A DNA stretch of 64,000 bases from Moraxella sp. (GCA_030528385.1 JAUMYZ010000001.1:174382-238381), one strand, 5' to 3'. Positions 1-9,177 are shown, counted from the first letter of the stretch. Made by a program: numbers and translations. The notes: generated by a model not told the origin, from the sequence alone.

Positions 1-510
1 CACCAAGTACCGCATAGAACAGCACGACCACAGCAGCGATAATTAGACCCATGTTTTTATCAACTTCTAAGAAGCGAGAAAATGCCACGCCTGCCCCTGT
101 CATTTGACCGATAACATAGGTAGTACAAGCAAGGATAAGACAAACCACCGCAATCAGGCGAGCTGTTTTAGAATAAAAACGGTCGCCGATAAAGTCAGGC
201 ACGGTAAATTTACCAAATTTACGCAAATAGGGGGCGAGCAACAAGGCAAGCAGTACATAGCCTCCAGTCCAGCCCATCAAATAAGCGGACGCCGCATAGC
301 CACCCATGGCGATGATACCCGCCATAGAAATGAACGAGGCGGCACTCATCCAGTCAGCGGCGGTTGCCATACCATTGACAACGGGGTGTACACCACCACC
401 AGCAACGTAGAACTCTTTGGTGGAGCCTGCACGTGCCCAAATTGCAATACCGAAGTACAACGCAAAGGACAAGCCCACAAAAATCATATTAATCCAAAAT
501 TGGCTCATGG
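1..510 (-). CDS. Sodium:solute symporter (SSF family, large subunit), 5' portion only; the gene runs off the window start
   Basis: Minus-strand translation from the ATG at 510 ([66 protein letters not shown]...) is typical of ActP/VC_2705-type Na+:solute symporters. It lies immediately downstream of a DUF4212 small-subunit gene. Confidence 0.75.
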
Positions 511-511
511 T

Positions 512-784
512 TTAGTCCTCCTTGACGCCAAAACGGGCTTCGATTTTATCCATTTGCCACGAATAAAAGAAAATAAGCACAATGAAAGTAAGAATAGAGC
601 CTTGCTGACCGAACCAAAATCCTAGGTCAATGCCACTAAATTGAATGCCCATCAACATCGGACGTAGCCAAATGGCAAAGCCATGTGAACATATCGCCCA
701 AATCACAAGGCAGATCAAGATGAGGCGAATATTGGCTTTCCAATATGCATCAGCAGTTTGTTGTGTAACATTTTGATCTGACAT
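512..784 (-). CDS. DUF4212 small membrane protein (putative small subunit of the sodium:solute symporter)
   Basis: 90 aa with two TM segments and a W-rich stretch. The sequence pattern and the position directly upstream of the SSF symporter match the conserved small-subunit/large-subunit pair. Confidence 0.7.
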   Translation of the reverse strand: MSDQNVTQQTADAYWKANIRLILICLVIWAICSHGFAIWLRPMLMGIQFSGIDLGFWFGQQGSILTFIVLIFFYSWQMDKIEARFGVKED

Positions 785-1023
785 AGTTATTCCTTAAACA
801 GATGAGATAAGGAAGTGATGCTACCGTACATTCTCAAAGGGCTGGTGAATGCTGTGAGAGACACATTAGGTGGGGGCACTTCCTTGTCTTGTCGTTGTTT
901 GAATCATAGACCTGTATAGACCTATGGGCTTTATAATAGCATAACATCTATGAATTGCAATATTTGATAGCAAAAATTTTGTTGTAAAATTTACATAAAA
1001 GCTACAAATCAGTGAATTGATGG

Positions 1024-1644
1024 TTATACACGGCGATGTTTGAGCATAAGATACATCATCGCCACATTGATGGCATCATTTAGTGCATCGTGGCGGGGCA
1101 AATCAGGAATGCCCAGTGCCTTTACCATCGTTGCCATTTTTAGGTCTATCTCGGCATCATAGTATTTGTGGCGGGTTTCTTGGGCGTGATAAATGCGTGA
1201 GACTTCGATTTGTTTTTGGGGCAGTTTGATGCCAAGCATGGGTTTTAAAAATTTATTGACCATCGCCACATCGTATTCTAAAAAATAGCCAACCAGCGTA
1301 CGACCGCCCACAAAGTGTAAAAATTTGTCCAAAGCCTCTTCTATGCTGACCCCATTGGTTAAATCCTTGGGGCGAATGCCATGAATGGTAACGTTGGTGG
1401 CTTGCATGACCCCATCAATTTTGATGAGTGTTTCAAAGGTTTCGCTGGTTAAAATGCGGTTGCCACGGATTTTGACCGCCCCGATAGAGATGATGTGAGC
1501 TTCTTTGACATTTAAGCTGGTGGTCTCGCAATCAAAACTGACCAGCTCATCGGGATGAGTATCGTACAAAAACTCATAGCGTTTGTTGGTGAGTTTGTTT
1601 TTGTAGTAGCTGTTGGTGAGCGTTCTTAAAAAAGACATGGGCAA
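1024..1644 (-). CDS. DEDDh-family 3'-5' exonuclease (DNA polymerase III epsilon-like domain)
   Basis: FDCETTS... (Exo I motif), the YFLEYDVAMVNKFL region and HDALNDAINVAMMY (Exo III, H-x4-D) are characteristic of DnaQ-like exonucleases. Confidence 0.8.
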   Translation of the reverse strand: MPMSFLRTLTNSYYKNKLTNKRYEFLYDTHPDELVSFDCETTSLNVKEAHIISIGAVKIRGNRILTSETFETLIKIDGVMQATNVTIHGIRPKDLTNGVSIEEALDKFLHFVGGRTLVGYFLEYDVAMVNKFLKPMLGIKLPQKQIEVSRIYHAQETRHKYYDAEIDLKMATMVKALGIPDLPRHDALNDAINVAMMYLMLKHRRV

Positions 1645-1661
1645 TCCTTGTGGGCTTTGTG

Positions 1662-3479
1662 TTAGTTTTGTAGGTTAAAATGACTGCGTATGCTGTGTTT
1701 AAAGCGCTTGACCACTTGCAAAGCGTCTTTTAGCAAATCACGCTCAAGGGTAGACAGATTGTCAGTGTCAATTTGATTGGGAATGTATTCTAGGTGGTGT
1801 TTGTAGGCAAACAGTCCTGTCTTTAGGCGAATACTCATCAGATAGGCCAAAGCCTCGCCGATGTCTTGGCTGAGCTGTTTTTCAATAATGCCAAGTTTGG
1901 CAAGCTGGCTGATACGCTCAAAGGTGCTGGTTTCATCTAGTCCCGCCTGCAAACTTAGTGCCCGCACGCCATGTACCACAGGAAAAATGCCCATTTTTTT
2001 GATGTCCATTTTGTGCTTTTGTTGCCCTAAAATTTGAGCAAAAAAGCCCCGCCCATGCTCATCAAACTGGCTGACCGCCCGAGCAAAACTCATGAGCATA
2101 CCTGTGTCATTGCTTAGGCGACTTTGTAATTCTTTCTTGGCTTGCAAGAGCAATTCATGCTCGCCCGCCACTGCTTTGGCGTCCATAAAAATCGCCAAAT
2201 ACATCATGTTTTCAGGGCTAGCGGTCAATGCCCATTTGCCCAGCATTTGTTTAAAATCGCTTAAATTTTGACACCACATGGGGTTATTGACCATGATGTT
2301 GCCTGTGCACGGCGGATAACCAAAGCTCTCTAGCACTGCTGAAAACTTTTGGGTGTAAGGCAATACTTCTTTAATGTCAATGCCGTCTTTGACAATCAGA
2401 GCGTTGTCTTGGTCGGTTTTTAAAATTTGTTCGCCACGCCCTTCTGAGCCCATGACGATTAAGCATGAGTTTTCAAAAAGCTCTTTGGGGGCAATCATCT
2501 GCCATGCTTTTTCAAACAATCTGCCGTTTAATACTTGCATAAGCTCTGCCAGCTGACGCACTTGCATACCGCTAGAGTGTAGGGCAGCGATGGTGTCGGT
2601 CATGTGGCTAGCAACTTCACTAAGCTCATCAATACTGCCTGAGCATTCTAATTGCTCGGCGATTAAATGGCTGTGGTTGGACAAAAACGCCAAAATGTCA
2701 ATTTGCTCAAGCACGCCAATGGCTTTGTTGTCTTTGGTAACCACCAAGCGCTGAATGCGATAACCAAGCATTTTTAAAAGCGCGCTAAACATAAACTCAT
2801 CAATGTCAATGCTTATCATGGCAAAGGTTGCCCACAGATGTACGGGGTCTTGGGGATTGATGGGGGCGCTGTTGGCACCAGCAAGCACGTCGCGAAAAAC
2901 CGACTCGGTCAGCAGACCAATTTTTTGTTGGTGGTTAATGAGCAGTGATTTGGATTTTTGTTGTTTCATCAGATGGGCAGCGTCGGACAAACTGGTGTTG
3001 CCATCAATGTATGTGTCAAGATGGCGATAAGCGTCGGCAACTTTGGCAACAAACAATCCTGTGAGCTCTTGTTCTTTGTGGTGGCTGGATTGGTTTTTTA
3101 ATTTGTCGGCGATGTTGGCATAAAAGTATGCCCCAAAGTCGTTGTTTTGCTCCATTAGGCTTAAGATGACTTTTTTGGGAATGGCGTAGAGTAGGCTTTG
3201 CTCTGCTACCACAAAGTCGTGTTCTAAGACAGGCTTAAACAAGGCTCGTGTGTCAAAGCTGTCTTTGGGGTGGTACAAGGCAACAATCTCATAGTCTGCG
3301 TCCACTTCTTTGATGGTGCCTTTGATGACCACATACAAAGCGTCCGCTGTGTCGCCGATGGATAAAACTTTGCTGTCATCATCAAAAAACACAATGTCGG
3401 CGGATTTTTCAAGCAAAGCCCGCTGGTCGATGTTTAGCGTATGATAAGGGCTAAGACTAAAATCAAAACGTGTCATCAC
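1662..3479 (-). CDS. Cyclic-nucleotide-binding plus tandem CBS plus DUF294 (GlnD/GlnE-like putative nucleotidyltransferase) signalling protein
   Basis: N-terminal cNMP-binding fold (ALYVVIKGTIKEV), central CBS pair, and a C-terminal DUF294 nucleotidyltransferase domain with GSEGRGEQ...TDQDNALI. It is adjacent to the exonuclease and symporter genes, as in the conserved neighbourhood. Confidence 0.8.
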   Translation of the reverse strand: MMTRFDFSLSPYHTLNIDQRALLEKSADIVFFDDDSKVLSIGDTADALYVVIKGTIKEVDADYEIVALYHPKDSFDTRALFKPVLEHDFVVAEQSLLYAIPKKVILSLMEQNNDFGAYFYANIADKLKNQSSHHKEQELTGLFVAKVADAYRHLDTYIDGNTSLSDAAHLMKQQKSKSLLINHQQKIGLLTESVFRDVLAGANSAPINPQDPVHLWATFAMISIDIDEFMFSALLKMLGYRIQRLVVTKDNKAIGVLEQIDILAFLSNHSHLIAEQLECSGSIDELSEVASHMTDTIAALHSSGMQVRQLAELMQVLNGRLFEKAWQMIAPKELFENSCLIVMGSEGRGEQILKTDQDNALIVKDGIDIKEVLPYTQKFSAVLESFGYPPCTGNIMVNNPMWCQNLSDFKQMLGKWALTASPENMMYLAIFMDAKAVAGEHELLLQAKKELQSRLSNDTGMLMSFARAVSQFDEHGRGFFAQILGQQKHKMDIKKMGIFPVVHGVRALSLQAGLDETSTFERISQLAKLGIIEKQLSQDIGEALAYLMSIRLKTGLFAYKHHLEYIPNQIDTDNLSTLERDLLKDALQVVKRFKHSIRSHFNLQN

Positions 3480-3645
3480 TGTTCCTTGTAGGTCAACCTT
3501 GTCTTAAATAAGTATAGCACAGTTGCTGAGAGGATTTGTACAAGTGTTGCTTTGACGGTTGATTGTTGGGCATAAATGTTTTTGATAAAAGCCAACAAAT
3601 CCTTTATAATGCAGCCAACTTTTTGGGTAAGAGATGGGGTCAAAG

Positions 3646-4215
3646 ATGTCCATTAAATCTGACCGTTGGATACGGCAAATGGCGCAGCGCTGCGGCATGA
3701 TTGAGCCGTTTGAGCCGCAGCAGGTGCGTTATAATGAGCGTGGCGAAAAGCTGGTGAGTTATGGCACATCAAGCTATGGCTATGATGTTCGCTGTGCCAA
3801 CGAGTTTAAAGTATTTACCAATGTGCACTCTGCCATTGTAGACCCCAAAAACTTTGATGAAAGAAGTTTTATAGATATTGTGGGGGATGAGTGTATCATT
3901 CCGCCCAATTCTTTTGCTTTGGCGCGTACGGTGGAGTATTTTCGCATACCCCGTGATGTTTTGACCATTTGTCTGGGCAAATCCACCTATGCTCGCTGCG
4001 GCATCATTGTCAATGTAACACCCTTAGAGCCTGAATGGGAAGGTCATGTTACTTTGGAGTTTAGCAACACCACCAATTTGCCTGCGCGCATTTATGCTGG
4101 TGAAGGCGTGGCACAAATGCTCTTTTTTCAAAGCGATGAAGTGTGCCAGACGTCTTATAAAGACCGTGGCGGCAAATACCAAGGACAAACGGGCGTAACC
4201 TTGCCCAAAACCTAA
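3646..4215 (+). CDS. dcd: dCTP deaminase
   Basis: [22 protein letters not shown]...[23 protein letters not shown]...[25 protein letters not shown] is near-identical in pattern to Pseudomonas/Acinetobacter Dcd. The start was moved from the ORF-track position to the conserved MSIKSD. Confidence 0.9.
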   Translation: MSIKSDRWIRQMAQRCGMIEPFEPQQVRYNERGEKLVSYGTSSYGYDVRCANEFKVFTNVHSAIVDPKNFDERSFIDIVGDECIIPPNSFALARTVEYFRIPRDVLTICLGKSTYARCGIIVNVTPLEPEWEGHVTLEFSNTTNLPARIYAGEGVAQMLFFQSDEVCQTSYKDRGGKYQGQTGVTLPKT

Positions 4216-4257
4216 ACTTGCAAAACCCAAACCAAGCACATCCACCAAAGGCGATTT

Positions 4258-4548
4258 ATGGCAGACATATCCATCAAAAAAACACACCATTTTGACCTAG
4301 AAACCGCGCGTGTCCAAGCCCAAAAGTGGCTAACAGAAGCCAAAAGCGAGCTGGGACTGGACATCACTTACATCAAGGGTGATGACCAAGACACTGCCCA
4401 CATCAAAAAAGCAGGCGTGGACGCCAAAGCCGTCTTGACGGATAAAGAGATTGCCTTTGAAGCGGATTTGGCATTTTTGGCAAAGCCATTAAAAGGGGTG
4501 ATTAGTTCAGGCATTCAAGAAGGGCTTGATAAGTATTTTGCCACATGA
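4258..4548 (+). CDS. Small polyhydroxyalkanoate-system-family-like protein (about 96 aa)
   Basis: Its size and the MADISIKKTHHFDLETARVQAQKWLTEAK pattern resemble the small PHA-granule-region family proteins. The call is tentative. Confidence 0.45.
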   Translation: MADISIKKTHHFDLETARVQAQKWLTEAKSELGLDITYIKGDDQDTAHIKKAGVDAKAVLTDKEIAFEADLAFLAKPLKGVISSGIQEGLDKYFAT

Positions 4549-6050
4549 AACGAACAAACTTGCGCCAATCTTTGTTATATGGCACGCTCATTGGCAGCGT
4601 GTTTTTTGCCAGCTTGGCAGGGGCACAAACCACAGCTCAGGATTTGCCAAAGAGTATCCACCAAAAAATCCAAGCACTCAATTTGTCGCCAGATGAAGTG
4701 AGTATTTGGGTCAAACCCCTAGATGGTCAAGCTCCCATCATCAGCCATCACGCCAAGACATTGCGCGTGCCAGCGTCCACCCAAAAACTCATCACCACTT
4801 TGGTGGCGCTGGACAGTTTGGGCGCCAATCACCATTGGTACACACATATCTACAAAAAAGGCGTGGTGGTGGCTGGCACACTCTATGGCGATATTGTTAT
4901 CAAAGGTACAGGCGACCCATCGCTAACTCACGAGCGTCTTAGGGCATTGTTTGGGCATTTGTTTGTGCGTGGCATTCGCCATATCCAAGGCGATATTTTG
5001 GTGGACAATGGGGCGTTTTTTGGGGTCAATTTTGACGTCAATGCTTTTGATGGGTATGGGCTTAGGGCGTATAATGCCGCTCCCAATGCTTTGCTGGTCA
5101 ATTTTGGCACACTACAAATAGACATTGTGCCATCAGGCACTTACCACACCAGTGCTCAGATGGACAAGACAGGGCAGCCTGTTCAGGTTTTTGTTCCTGC
5201 AGACAATCGTTTGGCGATGCTTAAGGTTGTGCCCACGTTGGCAGATTTTGATGTGCCTAATACCATCGGGGCAAGCGCTGGCGCCTGTCAGAGTGAGCCA
5301 AAGTTTGGATTGTCGCCGACGGCACTGAAAGTGTCGGGCATTATCAGTGCTGCGTGCGGACACAATACGCGCTGGCTCACCTTTGCCAATGGCGATGAAT
5401 TTGCCTTAAAAGCCATCAAAGGCACTTGGCAGCAGTTTGACCCCAGTTTTGCTGGAGAAGTCAAACTCTATGCTGCAACTCTTTCGTCATTGGCGCTGCC
5501 TGTGGTCAGTTACCCATCAAGAGCGCTTGCCGCACAAATTTATGACATCAATCAATATTCCAATAATGTCATGACTGAGCAAGTGGCGTTGTCGTTGCCG
5601 CTGAGTGTGGGAGAGACGATAAGCACTTATCCGAAGGCTTTTGCTTTTATTAATCATTGGTGGAAAACCCATCTGAATAGCCCAGCGCCCGTAATGAGCC
5701 GAGCGTCAGGACTGTGTCGTGATTGTCAGGTCAGTCCCAGTGCGATGGGCGAGTTGTTAGAATTTGCCTATCGTCAGCCTTATTTTTCTACTTTTAAACA
5801 CTCATTACCCATTGCAGGACGCACAGGCACGATGGCAAGGCTGGCGTATCGTAACCCCAACCACCCAGCCATTGAGCGGGCATTTATCAAGACAGGCACG
5901 CTAGATGACGTGGTGAGCATGGCAGGCTATGTGGTGGACAGTCAGGGGCGCTACTATGTGGTGGTGGGCATGATAAATGCGCCCCATGCGTCTGGTCGTG
6001 GCGCAGTGAGTGTGCTTGACGAACTGCTGGCAGTGGTTGCGCAATACTAA
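4545..6050 (+). CDS. dacB: D-alanyl-D-alanine carboxypeptidase/endopeptidase, PBP4 (peptidase S13)
   Basis: Signal peptide, STQKLITT (SxxK active site), SNN motif and the KTGT motif (FIKTGTLDDVVSMAGYV) are present. The ATGA overlaps the upstream stop. Confidence 0.85.
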   Translation: MKRTNLRQSLLYGTLIGSVFFASLAGAQTTAQDLPKSIHQKIQALNLSPDEVSIWVKPLDGQAPIISHHAKTLRVPASTQKLITTLVALDSLGANHHWYTHIYKKGVVVAGTLYGDIVIKGTGDPSLTHERLRALFGHLFVRGIRHIQGDILVDNGAFFGVNFDVNAFDGYGLRAYNAAPNALLVNFGTLQIDIVPSGTYHTSAQMDKTGQPVQVFVPADNRLAMLKVVPTLADFDVPNTIGASAGACQSEPKFGLSPTALKVSGIISAACGHNTRWLTFANGDEFALKAIKGTWQQFDPSFAGEVKLYAATLSSLALPVVSYPSRALAAQIYDINQYSNNVMTEQVALSLPLSVGETISTYPKAFAFINHWWKTHLNSPAPVMSRASGLCRDCQVSPSAMGELLEFAYRQPYFSTFKHSLPIAGRTGTMARLAYRNPNHPAIERAFIKTGTLDDVVSMAGYVVDSQGRYYVVVGMINAPHASGRGAVSVLDELLAVVAQY

Positions 6051-6237
6051 AAGTTACAAAGTGATAACAAAAGTCTGTGGATATGGGGTGTACAAATTCA
6101 ACATCAGCCCTTAAACTAAACCAAAATAACAAATCTCAAGTAAAAATCGTTGGCGTTTTGACCAAAGCAATCAAATTCACAATAATACTTTGGATAACCC
6201 TAATTACAATAAATAACGACAATCTTTGGAGAAAAAT

Positions 6238-7839
6238 ATGTCAAATTTAATCCCCTTAGAATATCCTGTTGATGACGACGATTTGCCGTTTAGCAAAGAG
6301 TTTTTCTTTACACTGCTCGCTACCAGCTTGTCTTTGGATTTAGAAGACAAGATTAAGGTGATGAAGTCTTTGCCAACATTGTCTGTTTTTCAGATGGTGA
6401 GTTTGGTTGAAGTATGGATTGAAGAGCGCGTTAAGTTTGTGGAGCTGGGTAAAAAATATCCAGACGACATTAAAAAGCTGCTCGTTCAAATCACCCAAGA
6501 CTGGCAGACGCTCAAACAGATTTATGAATTGCCCGAACTGCTGAGCGATGAAGATGTGGCGCAGCAAATTGAACAGTTGTCGCAAAATGCAGCCTACCAA
6601 TTTGGGCTGACTGTGTCAAAAGCACTCTCAGGAACTGATGATGACGATGATGACGATGATGACGATGAAATAGCGGAAGAAGCGGAAGAAAAGGTTTGCA
6701 AAAGGGAGATGGGGCAAGAAAAAGGAGCAAGGAGCAGTTTGTTTAGCGCATTTGTCAATTTGGGTGTGGACAAAGAAATGGACAAGGCGCTGGCTTTGGA
6801 CGTTAAAATACCCAAGCCACATGAGCTTTGCCAAGAGCTTGAAAACATCATCATCGGACAGTCTAACGCGCTGTATACGCTGAGCACCATGCTGTATTAT
6901 CACAAATTGTTCGCTGTGCGTCTGGCGCAAAAATATAACAGAACTGACAGAAGTAGCCCAGTAAAATATATGGGTAATGGTGATGATTATGCCAGACAAC
7001 AACCCATATTGCTGATAGGGGCAACAGGCACAGGCAAAACGCATTTGATTAAACACGTTACCAAGGCGTTTGGTTTAAATGTGGTAACGGTGGATTGTTC
7101 AACGATGGTCAGAACTGGCATTGTTGGTTCTAGCTTAGACACCATCGGGCGCATGATTTATGAAGGTGCTAAAGAAGACGTTAGGGTTGCTGAAACTTCG
7201 GTGGTGGTGTTGGATGAATTTGACAAGCTGTTTTTAGAAGGCAGTAGAAAACTAGAAGTCGCTGTACAGTTGCTGACGGTGTTGGAAGGCTCAGCGCCAT
7301 TTCCCATAGAGCGCTACAACCAAGAAAAATCGCGCGATTATCCAGTCAGTATTTCAGCGGAGCGCATGATGTTTATTGTGTCAGGCTCTTTTGGCATGCA
7401 CCAAAAAAATCTGGCTCAGCGTTTTAGGGGTTTTAGCCACAATGATGTCAGCGAAAAACCATTGCAAGAATACGACCATGTGTTTTTGAGTGAATTTGGC
7501 TTGCCTGATGAGTTGCTGGGGCGTATTGGTCGCATTATATGTTTGGAGACGCTTGATGCCAAAGATTATGCCAGAGTGCTTTACCAGAGTCCAACGTCGC
7601 CATGGAATGTGTTACAAAACCAACTCAAAATGGTGGGTTGCACAGCGGAGTTGCCCGAGTATGTGGTTGAACATCTGATTGAACAGAACAAAGACGCCAT
7701 TGACAAATTTGGTTCAAGGGGGCTATATCAAGCATTTAACCGTTTGCCGTGCATTACTCAAATTTTGTTGCGCGCAACCACAGAAATAGGCTCAGACTTT
7801 AATATAGACGGGCATTTTATGGTGAGATTGGGTGCTTAA
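6238..7839 (+). CDS. Divergent ClpX-like AAA+ unfoldase with a novel acidic N-terminal domain (no ClpX zinc-binding domain)
   Basis: The C-terminal ~340 aa align motif-for-motif with ClpX: KIPKPHELCQELENIIIGQ, Walker A GATGTGKT, pore-1 GIVG, Walker B VVVLDEFDKL, and a LPDELLGRIGRI / SRGLYQAFNR C-domain. The N-terminal ~190 aa have no recognisable family and end in D10-E-rich low complexity. A GGAG Shine-Dalgarno sits 8 nt before the ATG at 6238; the ORF track began on an upstream TTG. Confidence 0.8.
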   Translation: MSNLIPLEYPVDDDDLPFSKEFFFTLLATSLSLDLEDKIKVMKSLPTLSVFQMVSLVEVWIEERVKFVELGKKYPDDIKKLLVQITQDWQTLKQIYELPELLSDEDVAQQIEQLSQNAAYQFGLTVSKALSGTDDDDDDDDDDEIAEEAEEKVCKREMGQEKGARSSLFSAFVNLGVDKEMDKALALDVKIPKPHELCQELENIIIGQSNALYTLSTMLYYHKLFAVRLAQKYNRTDRSSPVKYMGNGDDYARQQPILLIGATGTGKTHLIKHVTKAFGLNVVTVDCSTMVRTGIVGSSLDTIGRMIYEGAKEDVRVAETSVVVLDEFDKLFLEGSRKLEVAVQLLTVLEGSAPFPIERYNQEKSRDYPVSISAERMMFIVSGSFGMHQKNLAQRFRGFSHNDVSEKPLQEYDHVFLSEFGLPDELLGRIGRIICLETLDAKDYARVLYQSPTSPWNVLQNQLKMVGCTAELPEYVVEHLIEQNKDAIDKFGSRGLYQAFNRLPCITQILLRATTEIGSDFNIDGHFMVRLGA

Positions 7840-8138
7840 GGGCACCCGCAGCGCTTGTTAATGCTGACCAAGGCTTCTTCAATCAGCTGTTCACTGACTC
7901 CCTTTTTTTGCAATTCTTCTATAAATAGGGTGTCATTGGCAAGACTGTAATTGCAGTTGTCGCGGTCAAGCCCTTGGCGAATATAATAGCGTATCAGCCC
8001 TTGAATGGTGTTAAAGCCGTGCTCACCCATGGTGTGTTCTAAATGCCCGATAATCTCTTCAGAGAGTTTTAGGTGTATGGGGCGCATGATGGTTTGGGGG
8101 TGGTCAGAAAATTGATTTTTGATTTTTGGTGACAACAT
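7836..8138 (-). CDS. Small ribbon-helix-helix-like putative DNA-binding protein (about 100 aa)
   Basis: IHLKLSEEIIGHLEHTMGEHGFNTIQGLIRYYIRQGL fits a beta-strand/helix/helix RHH pattern. It is convergent with the ClpX-like gene and overlaps its stop by 4 nt. An alternative start lies at the internal Met (8087). Confidence 0.45.
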   Translation of the reverse strand: MLSPKIKNQFSDHPQTIMRPIHLKLSEEIIGHLEHTMGEHGFNTIQGLIRYYIRQGLDRDNCNYSLANDTLFIEELQKKGVSEQLIEEALVSINKRCGCP

Positions 8139-8394
8139 GGCGGTCTCGTGATTAATTAAACCCTGTTATGTTAGCAAAATTGTTGGCTCTTTTCTATAGT
8201 TGACAATTTTTTCTTGATGATGAGCAAAAAACAAGCTGTTTATTGCGCATTTTTTGCATTTATTGACAGCAAACCATCAACATTAACACACGCTCACAAT
8301 TATGAGCAACTGTTTGCAAAAAATCTCTGGAATTTTAACAATAAAATTGGCACAATACGCCCGAGTTGATGTATTGACAGCAATAGGAGAATGT

Positions 8395-9048
8395 ATGCAA
8401 TCAATATCAATGCTTGTAAGAGCAAGTGCGGTGTGTGGTGTTTTTGCGTTAAGCGCACCTTTGTTTAGCATGCCCGCCTTTGCCAATGCTGCCAGTCAAG
8501 ATGTTGCCATCAAAAATCTAAACAAACTGCTGTTAAACACCAAATCCATGACTGCAGGATTTAGCCAGACCACCAAAGCAGGGAGTAGGAGCAGCAGTTT
8601 TCGCGGCACAATGGCGGTGCAGCGCCAAAATCAATTTCGTTGGCAGACCACCAGTCCTGCTGAGCAGTTGATTGTTGCCAACGGCGGCACACTTTGGGTG
8701 TATGACAAGGATTTAAATCAAGCCACCAAACAATCTACCAGCACCCATCTTGGCGACACCCCAGCGCTGCTTTTGTCTGGCGATCCTGCCCAAATTGCCA
8801 AAAATTTTAATGTCAGTCAACCAAACGTTGCCAAAAACTATTATGTGCTCAAGCCCAAATCTGGCTCGGCAAATTTTAAAGAATTGTCCATGAGTTTTAA
8901 TGGTGGTAAGCCTGTGATGATGGTGCTCAATGACAATTTGGGTCAGACAACCACCATTAAATTTGACAACATCGTCATTAATGCCAAAATTCCCAGCAGC
9001 CAGTTTGTCTTTACGCCACCAAAAGGCACTGACGTCATCAATCAATAG
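8395..9048 (+). CDS. lolA: Outer-membrane lipoprotein carrier protein LolA
   Basis: Signal peptide followed by the LolA fold pattern (LNTKSMTAGFSQTT...FRWQTTSPAEQLIVANGGTLWVYDKDLNQ). An AGGAGA Shine-Dalgarno sits 4 nt upstream of the ATG at 8395; the ORF-track N-terminal extension is unlikely. Confidence 0.85.
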   Translation: MQSISMLVRASAVCGVFALSAPLFSMPAFANAASQDVAIKNLNKLLLNTKSMTAGFSQTTKAGSRSSSFRGTMAVQRQNQFRWQTTSPAEQLIVANGGTLWVYDKDLNQATKQSTSTHLGDTPALLLSGDPAQIAKNFNVSQPNVAKNYYVLKPKSGSANFKELSMSFNGGKPVMMVLNDNLGQTTTIKFDNIVINAKIPSSQFVFTPPKGTDVINQ

Positions 9049-9068
9049 AGAACAAGCACAATGCACCA

Positions 9069-9100
9069 CCCCAAGATGAGACGATTTTGGGGTTTTTATT
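9069..9100 (+). terminator. Rho-independent terminator downstream of lolA
   Basis: CCCCAA-(12 nt loop)-TTGGGG hairpin followed by TTTTTATT. Confidence 0.5.
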
Positions 9101-9157
9101 GAGTTTGTTATTTTTTTAAGAAAAATCATATAAGCGCAGATTTTACCCATAAGCATC

Positions 9158-9177
9158 TTGATAAATTGTGTTATAAT
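9158..9177 (+). promoter_or_regulatory. Candidate nuo operon promoter with an extended -10 (TGtTATAAT)
   Basis: TGTTATAAT at 9169-9177 matches the extended -10 consensus about 65 nt upstream of the nuoA ATG. The nearby TTGATA is only 8 nt away, so the -35 is weak or absent. Confidence 0.35.

Noticed and set aside
104-625. 173 aa plus-strand ORF
   Set aside because: It lies entirely antisense to the sodium:solute symporter and DUF4212 genes. It has a low-complexity translation with no family resemblance, and it is the mirror frame of a well-supported membrane protein.
6340-7056. Cluster of minus-strand ORFs (86, 72, 98 and 142 aa), including poly-Ser and poly-Ile stretches
   Set aside because: They are reverse-frame artefacts of the ClpX-like gene. 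The poly-S and poly-I runs are simply the complement of the (GAY)10 poly-Asp tract.
9158-9177. Classical -35/-10 sigma70 promoter (TTGATA ... TATAAT) upstream of nuoA
   Set aside because: The two hexamers are only 8 nt apart, so they cannot act as a -35/-10 pair. I kept the region only as an extended -10 (TGtTATAAT) candidate, at low confidence.
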